NCBI GenBank assembly: GCA_032128375.1 | Contig: JAQBGU010000107.1 | Span: 7,879 to 71,878 of the forward strand | From: Deltaproteobacteria bacterium | GTDB lineage: Bacteria > Myxococcota_A > UBA9160 > SMWR01 | Reading direction: 5' to 3' | DNA length: 64,000 nucleotides | Shown: positions 55,348-64,000 of the stretch, one piece after another | Layout: each line of letters begins with the position of its first letter | Numbering within the stretch: position 1 is the stretch's first letter | Translations under genes and position numbers: made by a program | Notes under the pieces: model-generated | Told to the model about the DNA's origin: nothing | Database searches by the model: none | The model's input: only the letters and a program-made list of their open reading frames with translations

Positions 55348-55979
55348 TCCCCCCGAGGCCCCCGAAAGGGGGCGTCGGGGGCTTCCGCAGAGGATAGCCC
55401 CGCGGTGTCTGCGGAAACCCGCATCTGCAGGTCGATTTTCAGGCCGGCCCATATCGACCCGATGCCCTGGTGTTCGTGTCGTTCGCGGGACACACCGATC
55501 GGATTGAGCGCGTCCGCGAGTGGGGCTCGGTACCAGGGGAAAAGGGTCGTCGGTATCTGTTCAACGTCGAACCAGCGCACGACGGGCGTCTCGTAGCTCG
55601 GACGCAGCCGCCCGCTCATCACCTGGCAGGTAAACACGCGCGCAGTGTGGGGCCGGAAGCCCGTCCGAACATAGTCGCCAACGTGGCACTCGACGCTGAC
55701 ATCCAGACCGGTCTCCTCCCGCACCTCGCGCACCACGGCGGACTCGGCACTTTCGCCACGATTCGCGTTTCCACCTGGGAGTTCCCAGCCGCGCAGATCA
55801 TGGCGCACCGCGAGCGCCACGCAGCCGTCGCGCAGCACGACACCCTGGCAAACCATGAGCGGCTCCCGCTCGATCAATCGCGGAGCAGCCAACCCCCACC
55901 AAGCGAGCTCGAGATAGTTCGGAATCGCCCATGCAAGCCGGCCAAGCAGCCCTCGGCGGGCCGGCTCTCGGCTCGACAC
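55338..55979 (-). CDS. NUDIX hydrolase
   Basis: Nudix box GGNANRGESAESAVVREVREETGL (Gx5Ex7REUxEExGU). Confidence 0.85.
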   Translation of the reverse strand: MSSREPARRGLLGRLAWAIPNYLELAWWGLAAPRLIEREPLMVCQGVVLRDGCVALAVRHDLRGWELPGGNANRGESAESAVVREVREETGLDVSVECHVGDYVRTGFRPHTARVFTCQVMSGRLRPSYETPVVRWFDVEQIPTTLFPWYRAPLADALNPIGVSRERHEHQGIGSIWAGLKIDLQMRVSADTAGLSSAEAPDAPFRGPRGEGH

Positions 55980-55983
55980 CGGC

Positions 55984-56871
55984 CTACTCGATGATCTTGG
56001 TGAGCGGGTATTCGACGATGCCGCACGCCCCGGTTTCGGACAATCGCGGGATCAGCTCGGTCACGATGCTCTCTTCGATCACCGTGTTGATCGCAGTCCA
56101 GCTCTCGTCGGCCAGGCGAGAAATGGTCGGCGTCGCAAGTGCAGGGAGCAGCTTGAGTACGGCTTCGAGCCGATCAGCCGGCACGTTCATCATCAGACCG
56201 ACGCGGTCGCTGGCGCGGATCGCCCCCTTCAACACAATCAACAAGCGCTCCATCTTCCGGCATTTCCACGCGTCGGCGTGCGCATCGCGATTGGCGATCA
56301 AACGCGGCGTGCTCTCGAGCACGGTATCGATCACGCGCAGGTTGTTGGCGCGCAAGCTCGACCCGGTTTCCGTCACATCGATGATCGCGTCTGCGAGTAG
56401 CGGTGGCTTGACTTCGGTCGCCCCCCAGGAGAACTCGACCTTGGCCTTGACCCCATGTTTCCGCAGATAACTCCGCGTGAGGTTCACGACCTCGGTTGCA
56501 ATCCGCTTGCCGTTCAGATCCTTGGGCTTGCGGATCTTCGAATCGTTCTTGACCGCGACGATCCAGCGGACCGGGCCGTAGTTGGGCCAAGGCGCACGCA
56601 GGTCCGCGAGTTCCTTCACCTTCGCGCGGTTTTCGAGAGTCCAATCCAGCCCGGTGATGCCCGCGTCCAGAACCCCCTGCTCGACATAGCGCGCCATCTC
56701 CTGGGCGCGGATCAGCACACATTCGATTTCGGGATCGTCGATTTCCGGATAATAGGAACGCGACGGGATACTCAACCGGAAACCGGCATGGGTGAACAAC
56801 ATCAGGGTCGTTTCCTGAAGGCTGCCCTTGGGAAGCCCGAGCCGAAGGATCTTGCCCTTGGAGGCCTTCAT
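55984..56871 (-). CDS. hisG: ATP phosphoribosyltransferase, long form
   Basis: ATG 56871 gives MKASKGKILRLGLPKGSLQE.... Has the DVTETGSSLRAN motif and a C-terminal regulatory domain. Confidence 0.9.
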   Translation of the reverse strand: MKASKGKILRLGLPKGSLQETTLMLFTHAGFRLSIPSRSYYPEIDDPEIECVLIRAQEMARYVEQGVLDAGITGLDWTLENRAKVKELADLRAPWPNYGPVRWIVAVKNDSKIRKPKDLNGKRIATEVVNLTRSYLRKHGVKAKVEFSWGATEVKPPLLADAIIDVTETGSSLRANNLRVIDTVLESTPRLIANRDAHADAWKCRKMERLLIVLKGAIRASDRVGLMMNVPADRLEAVLKLLPALATPTISRLADESWTAINTVIEESIVTELIPRLSETGACGIVEYPLTKIIE

Positions 56872-57278
56872 TTTCCGTACACCTCTTTGGGATCGAAGAC
56901 CTGTTCGCCGACGTCGATCCAGCTGCCATCTTCGAGCTTTCGGAAAAAGCAGCTGCGCCGTCCGGTGTGGCACGCCGCTCCACCACGCTGCTCGACCCGG
57001 ACAACCACGACATCGCCGTCACAGTCGATGAACAGGCTCTTCACCTTCTGCGTGTTCCCGCTCTGCTCGCCTTTGTGCCACAGCTTGTTTCGGGAGCGGC
57101 TCCAATACACGACCTCGCCTCGCGAAAGCGTCAGAAGAAACGATTCAGGGTTCATGAACGCGACCATGAGCACTTCGTCGGTCGCGTCGTCAATCGCGAT
57201 CGCAGTGACCAGGCCGTCCGCCTTGCTGAAATCCAGCGCGTCGATGGGGCTCTTGCTGGGGTCTTCAAAGGGGTCCAT
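56868..57278 (-). CDS. hisI: Phosphoribosyl-AMP cyclohydrolase (monofunctional)
   Basis: Motifs YWSRSRNKLWHKGEQSGN and CDGD...ACHTG. ATGA overlap with hisG. Confidence 0.9.
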   Translation of the reverse strand: MDPFEDPSKSPIDALDFSKADGLVTAIAIDDATDEVLMVAFMNPESFLLTLSRGEVVYWSRSRNKLWHKGEQSGNTQKVKSLFIDCDGDVVVVRVEQRGGAACHTGRRSCFFRKLEDGSWIDVGEQVFDPKEVYGK

Positions 57279-57291
57279 GGGGAGGCGGAGG

Positions 57292-59907
57292 CTATCGGGC
57301 AGCGAGCGCCGCCGCCAGACGCCCGCGCAAGGGCATCACATCTTCGAACAGCGGCCCGGGCTGGTAGAGCGGCTCTTTGCCGGTGGAGTCTGGGGCCTGC
57401 TCCAGAATGCCCCTGCGTTCCATCAAGTCGAGCGACCCGCGAAACGCGGTCTCGTTTGCCGACTCTCTCCGCGCGACTTCTCCGAGTAGCTCGGAGCGCA
57501 CGTAATGTTCGTCGGCCGCCTTCATCAGGTTCTTGCGCGACATCGCTCCAACCATCGCCAGCACGGCGTTCGAGGTCGCGTAGTAGACCTCGACGATTCC
57601 GCGCGTTTGTTCCGCCAGGAATCGAAAATACGAAACGCCCTTTTCGGTAGGCTCGAGGCGCTCGCCGGAACGCTCGATCCAGCAGAATCGCTCGAAGTGG
57701 TCGATGAAGGCGTCTACGTGAGACGCGAGAACTTCACCTTTGGGAGTGAAAAACTCGAAATAGAACAGGTCGAGCCAGACCGGCAATTCGGCGCGAACGC
57801 TGTCGATTTCTGGGCTCGACAGCAGGTGTCGCGCCAGGAAGCTCGGCGTCGCCAGGTAGTGGACGATCGTGTTCCGGTACATGTCGAGCGCCCGCACGCG
57901 ACCGGGCTCGTAGTAAAGGACTTCTCCCCTCGCGTCGGGGTCGGAACGGATCAGGTCTGCGCTCAACATCGAGCCGATCGATACGTGGAATCCGCCCTCG
58001 TCGCGATCCAGTGCGGGCGTGAGTCGGACATCTTGCAGTCGCAGCAAGTCGACGATCTGCTGCATTCGCGCCGCCAACTCTTCGCGAAACATCCCGCGAC
58101 TCGATTCCCCCATCAGCGCACACGCGGCGACCGATGTCGCGTTGGGAATCACAGACCAGTTGATTCGTTCGACGAGGCGGTTGCCCAGCCCTTCGACAAA
58201 CGCTCGTTTCTCCTGCAGGGCCTCGGGCGTGTCATCGAGGAACCGTTCGCGTTGGTCCCCCAAGGCGTCCGCCAGGGAAATCGGCTCACCAAAATTGACG
58301 AATACGCTCCCGAAGGCAAGACGCAGGAATTTCCGCGCTCGGACGAGTCCCCACACGCTCTCGGCCTGTTTCTGTTCGCCTTCGAGTTCCCCCATCATCG
58401 CGCTCTCTTCGACGAGCCGTTCGTACGAGATCGCGATGGGTACGAAGAACATGTCGCGCCGCGCACTCGCGAGAAATGCCTCGACATTCCAGGCGAGCAT
58501 CCCCAGTCGGGGCGCGAGCGACTTGCCGGTTCGCGAACGACCCCCCTCGATGAAGAATTCCTGCGGGAAGCCCTGCTTGATCAGGTGAGCCACATAGGCT
58601 TGAAACACGGCTTTGTAGAGAGGATCGTCGAACGACTTCCGCAAGAAGAACGCGCCGGCGCGACGCCAAATGAACCCGAACGGGCCGAACGCCATGTTGT
58701 CCCTGGCCGCGATATGCGGCGGAACAAGGTGATTGCCGTAGAAGATGATCGACAGGATCAGAAAATCGAAGTACGAGCGATGGCTCGGTGCGAGCACGAG
58801 TGGGTGGCGCTTGGCGTAGTCGGCGATTTTCTCGATTCCCGTCAGCTCGATCGAAGTGAACAACCGCTTCAGGATGGCACCAACCAGAAAATTGAGAGCG
58901 GCCAGAAACGTCGAGTTCATATTCGCGGCGATTTCGCGGAACATCTTCGCGGCCTCGGCTTGGCCACGCTCTACCGACGCGTTGCGTCCGCTCGCCCAAT
59001 CGCGAATCGCGTGTTCGACTACCGGGCTCCCGATCACGCTCTGTTGCACACGGTGACGGGGCCGCAGCGTCGGTCCCTCGACCACTTTCTCCTCGCGGTA
59101 CAGGAAGGTCAGGATCGATCGACGCACTTTGCGTGCGACGCGATACCGACCCTCTTTTCGCTGCGCGTGAACGAACCGTCCGAGGTCGATCGAACCTCCC
59201 ACCTTCACACACAGGCCGCGATAGGTGGTCAGAAACGAGATCACCTTCGCCAGGTCTGACGGTCGCGTCGTAGCGCCGTACGTGAGATTCAGAAATCCTT
59301 GATGTGAGCGCGGCCCCTTTGTCCAGAACAGCGCAAGCGGAACCAGGTAGACCGGACGATCGGAATCCCGGACGTTCGCGACGATCTCCTCGAGCAGGTC
59401 GAGTTCACCCTTACCGTGCTCGACGGCGCTCTTGCGGGAGCGCAGCTGGGTTCGAATCCGGGCCGTGCGCAAGAACAGAAACGACGAGGTGCCGCGGCGA
59501 ACGTTCGAACCGAGGTTCGCGCGTGTCTCAGCCAGGTCGAACTCCCGAAACAATTCCCCCCGCCGCGACCAGGCCAGTCGCAATAGTTGCAACAGCGGCC
59601 GGTAGTAGAAAAACCGGATGCCGTTGGCGAACCGGGACAACCTCAACCCTTCGCGGACGAACAGCGTGTTGAATAGGAAATAGTCGAGACGGCTCGCATA
59701 GCGCATCACGTAAACGACCGATCCGCGACTCTCGAGTTCGCGAAGGTGATCGACGGTTTCTTTGTCGAGGTCGAAGTGACGGAAAAATCGCTGCGCAAAC
59801 CACTGGAACGGCCAATTGAACTGAGGCGTCATCGCAGACAACGCATCGGAGGCGTCGTCCACCAGATCGATCCGATCGACCGAATTCTCCCCGGGGTGCT
59901 CAGCCAT
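57292..59907 (-). CDS. plsB: Glycerol-3-phosphate 1-O-acyltransferase
   Basis: 871 aa. HxxxxD acyltransferase motif (PSHRSYFDFLIL) and FIEGGRSRTGK block, as in PlsB. Confidence 0.9.
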   Translation of the reverse strand: MAEHPGENSVDRIDLVDDASDALSAMTPQFNWPFQWFAQRFFRHFDLDKETVDHLRELESRGSVVYVMRYASRLDYFLFNTLFVREGLRLSRFANGIRFFYYRPLLQLLRLAWSRRGELFREFDLAETRANLGSNVRRGTSSFLFLRTARIRTQLRSRKSAVEHGKGELDLLEEIVANVRDSDRPVYLVPLALFWTKGPRSHQGFLNLTYGATTRPSDLAKVISFLTTYRGLCVKVGGSIDLGRFVHAQRKEGRYRVARKVRRSILTFLYREEKVVEGPTLRPRHRVQQSVIGSPVVEHAIRDWASGRNASVERGQAEAAKMFREIAANMNSTFLAALNFLVGAILKRLFTSIELTGIEKIADYAKRHPLVLAPSHRSYFDFLILSIIFYGNHLVPPHIAARDNMAFGPFGFIWRRAGAFFLRKSFDDPLYKAVFQAYVAHLIKQGFPQEFFIEGGRSRTGKSLAPRLGMLAWNVEAFLASARRDMFFVPIAISYERLVEESAMMGELEGEQKQAESVWGLVRARKFLRLAFGSVFVNFGEPISLADALGDQRERFLDDTPEALQEKRAFVEGLGNRLVERINWSVIPNATSVAACALMGESSRGMFREELAARMQQIVDLLRLQDVRLTPALDRDEGGFHVSIGSMLSADLIRSDPDARGEVLYYEPGRVRALDMYRNTIVHYLATPSFLARHLLSSPEIDSVRAELPVWLDLFYFEFFTPKGEVLASHVDAFIDHFERFCWIERSGERLEPTEKGVSYFRFLAEQTRGIVEVYYATSNAVLAMVGAMSRKNLMKAADEHYVRSELLGEVARRESANETAFRGSLDLMERRGILEQAPDSTGKEPLYQPGPLFEDVMPLRGRLAAALAAR

Positions 59908-60223
59908 CGTCCACAGGTACCACCGCTGAACCGGTGGGGCAACGAATACGTGCGGAGATTCGCCACCCCACGCAGCTGCCTCCGGAGTCTCCCTGGCTTG
60001 AAGAGAAATTCGTCCAATGCCCGAACCTCGCGAGCTGACCAGCCGCCATCAGCTGATGACCTCACCGGCGAATCGTTGGCGTACGCGAAGTCACCGCAGG
60101 TAGATTGCTGCACGCTTGGACCGCGCCCGTGAGCGCGCCTCCAAGCCGACACGCTGGGGAACGCGCTAGTGTCCCGACACAGGTTCGCCGCGCGCAAGAA
60201 CCTGCCGAATTCCTGAGTTGGAT

Positions 60224-60265
60224 CATCCACTCACGAGCATCCACTCACGAGCATCCACTCACGAG
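60224..60265 (+). repeat. Perfect 14-bp tandem repeat, 3 copies (catccactcacgag)
   Basis: Three identical copies end 8 nt before ATG 60274. The last copy contributes the GAGG Shine-Dalgarno-like element. Confidence 0.95.
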
Positions 60266-60273
60266 GTAGTCGC

Positions 60274-61359
60274 ATGGATCTCTCCAAGTTCTCGACGGAA
60301 ACGCTGATTTCGAGCGTGTTTCGGGACTCCTATACGCTCGACTCCGAGAAACTCGAATCGCTGTACAGCAAGTCGAAACGTCACCAATGGAATGCCGAGG
60401 TCGACGTCGACTGGAGCCAGTTCGAACCCGGCTGTGACATTCTGGATCGCGAAACGGACTTCTTGTTTAGACTGGACTGTGTTCGGAAACTCCCCGAATC
60501 GCAGCAGGCCGCGCTGTGGCGCGGTGCCAACCTGTTCTTGATTTCGCAGGTTCTGCACGGCGAGCAGGCGGCTTTGATGACCTGTGGTCAACTGGTCAAC
60601 GCAGTGCCCGATATCGATGGTAAGTTTGCCGCCGCGGTCCAGGTGATGGACGAGGCACGTCACGTCGAAGTCTTCGCCCGCTACCTCGAGTGCCAGGGGC
60701 AGCGCTTTCCGATCGACCCGGATCTGAAGTGGATCATCGAGCGGCTGCTCGGTGAATCCGACTGGGAGGCGAAGTGCGTCGGAATGCAGATCATTTTGGA
60801 AAGCGTCGCGCTGTCGTTTTTTCGACTCGGCGAGAGCCGCGGAATCGAGCCGGTCTTCAAGTCATTCATCGGCCGTGTTCACGAAGACGAGTCACGCCAC
60901 GTGGCCTATGGCGTACTGTCGCTGAGCGAGCGGATCCCGGAACTCCCGGCGGGTGTGCGAAACCGCCTCGAGGACTGGGCATACGACTCCGTGGCCAGAC
61001 TCGCTGGCCGCGCCGGCAAGCCCAGCTTCACGTCACAGTTCCAGGCATTGGCGAGCGTCGGTCTCGATCTCGAAAGCTTCCTTCCGAAGCTGATTGAAGA
61101 AACCCGCGACAGTTCGCACATCGACTTCGAAGGTCTCGACGACCCGATGGCACAGACGGTCCTCCCCAACCTGATGCGCGTCGGCCTCGTCCCGGAGCGG
61201 CTCGTCAACGGCTACCTCGCGCAGGGATTCCGGATCGACCTCTCGGCCGGCACCGTGGACGACATCCACACTCACCATGACGAAACGCAAGCCGCCCGCT
61301 CCGTGTTCGCGGCGAAGGGCGTGGACTTCTCAGACGCCAAACAGGTGGCGGCCGCCTGA
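60274..61359 (+). CDS. Ferritin-like diiron-carboxylate protein (AurF/R2-like oxygenase superfamily)
   Basis: Paired E...ExxH ligand pattern: HGEQAA, DEARHVEVF, ILESVAL, EDESRHVAYG. The exact family is not resolved. Confidence 0.65.
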   Translation: MDLSKFSTETLISSVFRDSYTLDSEKLESLYSKSKRHQWNAEVDVDWSQFEPGCDILDRETDFLFRLDCVRKLPESQQAALWRGANLFLISQVLHGEQAALMTCGQLVNAVPDIDGKFAAAVQVMDEARHVEVFARYLECQGQRFPIDPDLKWIIERLLGESDWEAKCVGMQIILESVALSFFRLGESRGIEPVFKSFIGRVHEDESRHVAYGVLSLSERIPELPAGVRNRLEDWAYDSVARLAGRAGKPSFTSQFQALASVGLDLESFLPKLIEETRDSSHIDFEGLDDPMAQTVLPNLMRVGLVPERLVNGYLAQGFRIDLSAGTVDDIHTHHDETQAARSVFAAKGVDFSDAKQVAAA

Positions 61360-61392
61360 CCCGGTGGCGGTAGGGGCTGCCCGTCCTTCCGC

Positions 61393-62409
61393 CTATCGCA
61401 GTCGATACACGCTGCTGGCGGTGCCGTGGAACATTGCGTCCTTCTCGTCCTCCGAGAAGTCTTGGACGATTTTCTTCATGCCGTTCCACATGACGTGGTA
61501 CGACAGCGAGAATTTGTCGACCGGAAAGTTGCTCTCGAACATGCAGCGGGCCGGCGTGAAGCACTCGATCATGTGCAGGTAGTAGCGTGACTGCGCCGCG
61601 ACGAACTCATCCGAAGACGGCGGAAGATCTCGCCCCATCCAGCCGAAGCCGTTGTCCGGCATCGCGAGACCTCCGAGCTTTGCAAACACGTTTTCCGATC
61701 TAGCAATTTGCGCCACGTCCTTCTTCCACTGCTCGAAAATTTCCTCGCGCCGGGTCGCATAGCTACCAACACCAAGCGGCGTACCGAAGTGGTCCAGCAC
61801 CATGATCGTATCCGGAACTGCCTGAGCGAGCGCTGCGAATGCCGGATTCTGGTGGTGGTAGTGCCAGGTGTCGTAGCTGTGGCCGAGCCGGCCGAGGACC
61901 TTGACGCCTTTTTGGAAACTCGCGTCTTCGTACAAGCCAGCCGGAGCGCGCCCTGGGATCATCAGCACCTCGGGATGGTCGTCGCGCGCTCCCGCATGGC
62001 GGATGCCGCGAAACAGGCCTCGACCTGCTTCGACGTGTTGCCACAACAGGGCTTCCAGGCCATCGGTGATGGTCAGATCGACATGGGAAATCAGCGCAGC
62101 GATTTTCGCCCGTCCGGATCCGTCCGCAGCGCTCCTTGCGGCCGCATCCACGACAAAATCGATCTCTCCGATCGATCTCTGCCCTTGCGGCCCCTGTGTC
62201 CGATATTCAGCCCCGCACTCCATGAACACTGTTTTCTCGATGTTGTGACCGCTGCCGGTGTCTGCCCACAAGTCGTCGAGCAGATACCGCGGCAGTCCCG
62301 GGTGTCGCCACAGGTGATGGTGCGGATCGACGATCGGACGATCCGCGTCGATGATTTCTTCTCGCACCTGATCTAGCCAGGCTCCCGGGTGGGATAGCAG
62401 GTCACTCAT
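61393..62409 (-). CDS. Amidohydrolase-2 family metal-dependent hydrolase
   Basis: ATG 62409. N-terminal IVDPHHHLW metal-binding motif and TIM-barrel hydrolase character. Confidence 0.8.
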   Translation of the reverse strand: MSDLLSHPGAWLDQVREEIIDADRPIVDPHHHLWRHPGLPRYLLDDLWADTGSGHNIEKTVFMECGAEYRTQGPQGQRSIGEIDFVVDAAARSAADGSGRAKIAALISHVDLTITDGLEALLWQHVEAGRGLFRGIRHAGARDDHPEVLMIPGRAPAGLYEDASFQKGVKVLGRLGHSYDTWHYHHQNPAFAALAQAVPDTIMVLDHFGTPLGVGSYATRREEIFEQWKKDVAQIARSENVFAKLGGLAMPDNGFGWMGRDLPPSSDEFVAAQSRYYLHMIECFTPARCMFESNFPVDKFSLSYHVMWNGMKKIVQDFSEDEKDAMFHGTASSVYRLR

Positions 62410-62440
62410 TCGTGTTTTCTCCTCCTTCGGCGGCAGAGGA

Positions 62441-63295
62441 TCAAGCCGGCAAATCGGCCAGTTCGAGGCTGACATCCCACAGACGCGCGGCATCTTCTGA
62501 ATACCGCGCATTCGCGGCGAGCGGTCGGAGTTTCATGTTGTAGAAGTACCCGCCGTTTTTTTCTCGGCCCTGCCGAACCGCGGGCGCTGTGCACAAGTAC
62601 ACCCCGGTTTCTCCGCCCTTCTGCGGAGACCGCGCAAACGGCGAGATCAGCGCCGTGGCGAACCGCGCAAAGCGACCGTTGTTCTTGGCCAGATCACTGC
62701 CTACGAAACCGGGATGGAAGCTGTGGGCGCTGAGCCCGCGGATCCCATGGCGCCGGCCGAGTTCTTGCGCGAACAACACGTTGGCGAGCTTCGATCGACA
62801 GTAGACGGGAAATGCCGAGTATTTCTTCTCTGCCTGCAGGTCATCGAAATCGAGTCGCCCGGCGAACTTGTAGCCGTCCGAGGCGGTGCAGACCACACGT
62901 GGCTCGTCGGTCCCGCATAGGCGGTCGAGCAGCAGGTTCGTCAACAGGAAATGGCCGAGGTGATTGACCGCGAAGGTGGTTTCGTAGCCGTCTTCAGTGG
63001 TACTTCGAGACAGGTTGAACACGCCCGCGTTGTTGTACAGCACGTGCAGCGGGCGATCGCTGCTGAGAAACCTTTCGGCGACACGGCGGACGTCCTGCTG
63101 TACCCCCAGATCGCCGACCAGCATGTCGAGCTTTGCAGTTCCGTGCGCGCGACCCATCTCGTCGAGGACTCGTTGCCCCTTGTCGGCGTCCCGACACACC
63201 CCGACGATGTCGGCGCCCATGGCCGCCAGCGCGAACGCCGACGCGCGACCCAGCCCGGCCGTGAAGCCGGTAACCATCACGGTCTTGCCGCGCAT
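62441..63295 (-). CDS. Short-chain dehydrogenase/reductase (SDR)
   Basis: ATG 63295. Cofactor motif TGFTAGLG, NNAG, and catalytic YCRSK. Confidence 0.9.
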   Translation of the reverse strand: MRGKTVMVTGFTAGLGRASAFALAAMGADIVGVCRDADKGQRVLDEMGRAHGTAKLDMLVGDLGVQQDVRRVAERFLSSDRPLHVLYNNAGVFNLSRSTTEDGYETTFAVNHLGHFLLTNLLLDRLCGTDEPRVVCTASDGYKFAGRLDFDDLQAEKKYSAFPVYCRSKLANVLFAQELGRRHGIRGLSAHSFHPGFVGSDLAKNNGRFARFATALISPFARSPQKGGETGVYLCTAPAVRQGREKNGGYFYNMKLRPLAANARYSEDAARLWDVSLELADLPA

Positions 63296-63608
63296 GTCGG
63301 TGTGGGGGGCTGCCACGGCTAGCGATCTCCTGCGCTGGAATCCTGGGGTTGTGGAATTGTAGGGGAACTGGCGCGACCAAAGCTCTCCGCGACCGCGGGC
63401 TTCTGGCGATCCAACGGGCAGGCAGGCTACTTGCGGGGGGTCGGATCTGTGGAGCGGGCACGCGTGGAGCGGCCCGGGTAGCGGTCGACTGGCTCCGCGG
63501 CGCACCGAGTTCGACGCTGCAGGCGCTTGGGTCGACGTTGGACGCGAGAGCGTCGCAATCCCGCTACCCTGGGGAGACGCGGGAACGAGCTATCGGAGGC
63601 AAGTAGGC

Positions 63609-64000
63609 ATGGTCGATTCAAAAGCCCTCGCGAGCTGGATCGAACTCGAAGGCTGTTTCAATTTTCGCGACCTCGGGAACTACACCAACACCACAGGCAA
63701 GCAGATGCGTTGTGGGCAGGTGTTTCGCGCCGACGGTCTGCAGCGCCTCACCGAGACGGACCTGGATCACCTGTGTGGAGAGATCGGCCTGCGCGGCGTG
63801 ATCGATCTGCGCTCGAGCGATGAGGTAGAGGCGGATGGTCGCGGCGCGATCGAGCAGCGCGTTGCCATCCACCACGTGCCGCTATTCGAACGCACGCGTG
63901 CCGGGGCAGGCCAGGCTAGAGCTGATTGGATCAAGCCCGAACTGCTCTCGCATATGGGTGATCTCTATTGGCTCATGCTGCAAGCGGCCAGCGGGCCGAT
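63609..64000 (+). CDS. Protein-tyrosine phosphatase family protein (3' end outside window)
   Basis: My own translation from ATG 63609: MVDSKALASWIELEGCFNFRDLGNYTN...VFRADGLQRLTETDLDHL...VIDLRSSDE, matching the NFRDLG...DLRs..E pattern of the tyrosine phosphatase (Y_phosphatase3-type) family. Open to the window end. Confidence 0.7.
   Translation, partial: MVDSKALASWIELEGCFNFRDLGNYTNTTGKQMRCGQVFRADGLQRLTETDLDHLCGEIGLRGVIDLRSSDEVEADGRGAIEQRVAIHHVPLFERTRAGAGQARADWIKPELLSHMGDLYWLMLQAASGP

Noticed and set aside
57505-59259. 584-aa ORF on the plus strand
   Set aside because: It is antisense to plsB, which has the HxxxxD and FxEGGRSRTGK acyltransferase blocks. It is a shadow ORF.
1-64000. Mobile elements, prophage, integron or defence-island signatures
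   Set aside because: No transposase, integrase, recombinase, phage structural, restriction-modification, toxin-antitoxin or Cas-like translation was seen in any frame. No terminal inverted repeats or flanking tRNA were seen. Codon usage looks uniform, so the window reads as core chromosome.

Overview
High-GC bacterial chromosomal segment, densely packed with about 58 protein-coding genes. GC content was judged by eye and not computed. Many adjacent genes share 4-nt ATGA/GTGA/TTGA stop-start overlaps, which suggests long operons. I found no rRNA, tRNA, CRISPR array, transposase, integrase or prophage gene, so the window looks like core genome rather than an accessory island.

Gene content in order:
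- tatD (partial) and a suhB-like gene.
- A TetR-linked GldA/F/G-type ABC-2 exporter with a DUF4340 partner.
- A small anchored protein, a GT4 glycosyltransferase and a tandem Kdo/WaaP-type kinase.
- A stand-alone MshEN (c-di-GMP receptor-type) protein.
- A VOC / MaoC / beta-lactamase-fold operon.
- A five-gene Opp/Dpp-type peptide ABC importer.
- A Cys-type sulfatase, then a DUF4292-like lipoprotein plus a TPR lipoprotein.
- cysC, an IscS/NifS-type desulfurase and iscA/erpA.
- tlyA-dxs-ispA-xseB-xseA.
- A ctp-envC-ftsX-ftsE division/processing cluster.
- A two-gene operon for a secreted protein and a PEP-CTERM lamin-tail-domain protein.
- F420 biosynthesis genes cofD-cofC-cofE.
- engB, an aminotransferase, a variant System I cytochrome c maturation cluster, hisG-hisI and plsB.
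- A diiron / amidohydrolase / SDR group.

PEP-CTERM and MYXO-CTERM-like signals, plsB and a Cys-type CcmE point loosely to a Myxococcota or other 'deltaproteobacterial'-type lineage. That placement is inference only.

Things worth a second look:
1. At least eleven short tandem direct-repeat arrays (10-15 bp units) sit in 5' leaders or at gene starts. The in-ORF arrays have unit lengths divisible by 3.
2. The ccm cluster has a Cys-type CcmE whose usual Tyr is replaced by Phe. Its ccmF is broken by a frameshift in a T9 run, a 642-aa unknown zinc-ribbon protein is translationally coupled between ccmF and ccmA, and no ccmD/G/H is present.
3. A near-consensus sigma70 promoter drives a roughly 430-nt, hairpin-rich, apparently non-coding leader or ncRNA in front of an unrecognised Cys4 zinc-ribbon protein.

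None of these could be checked against databases here. All family calls rest on motifs read from the translations.
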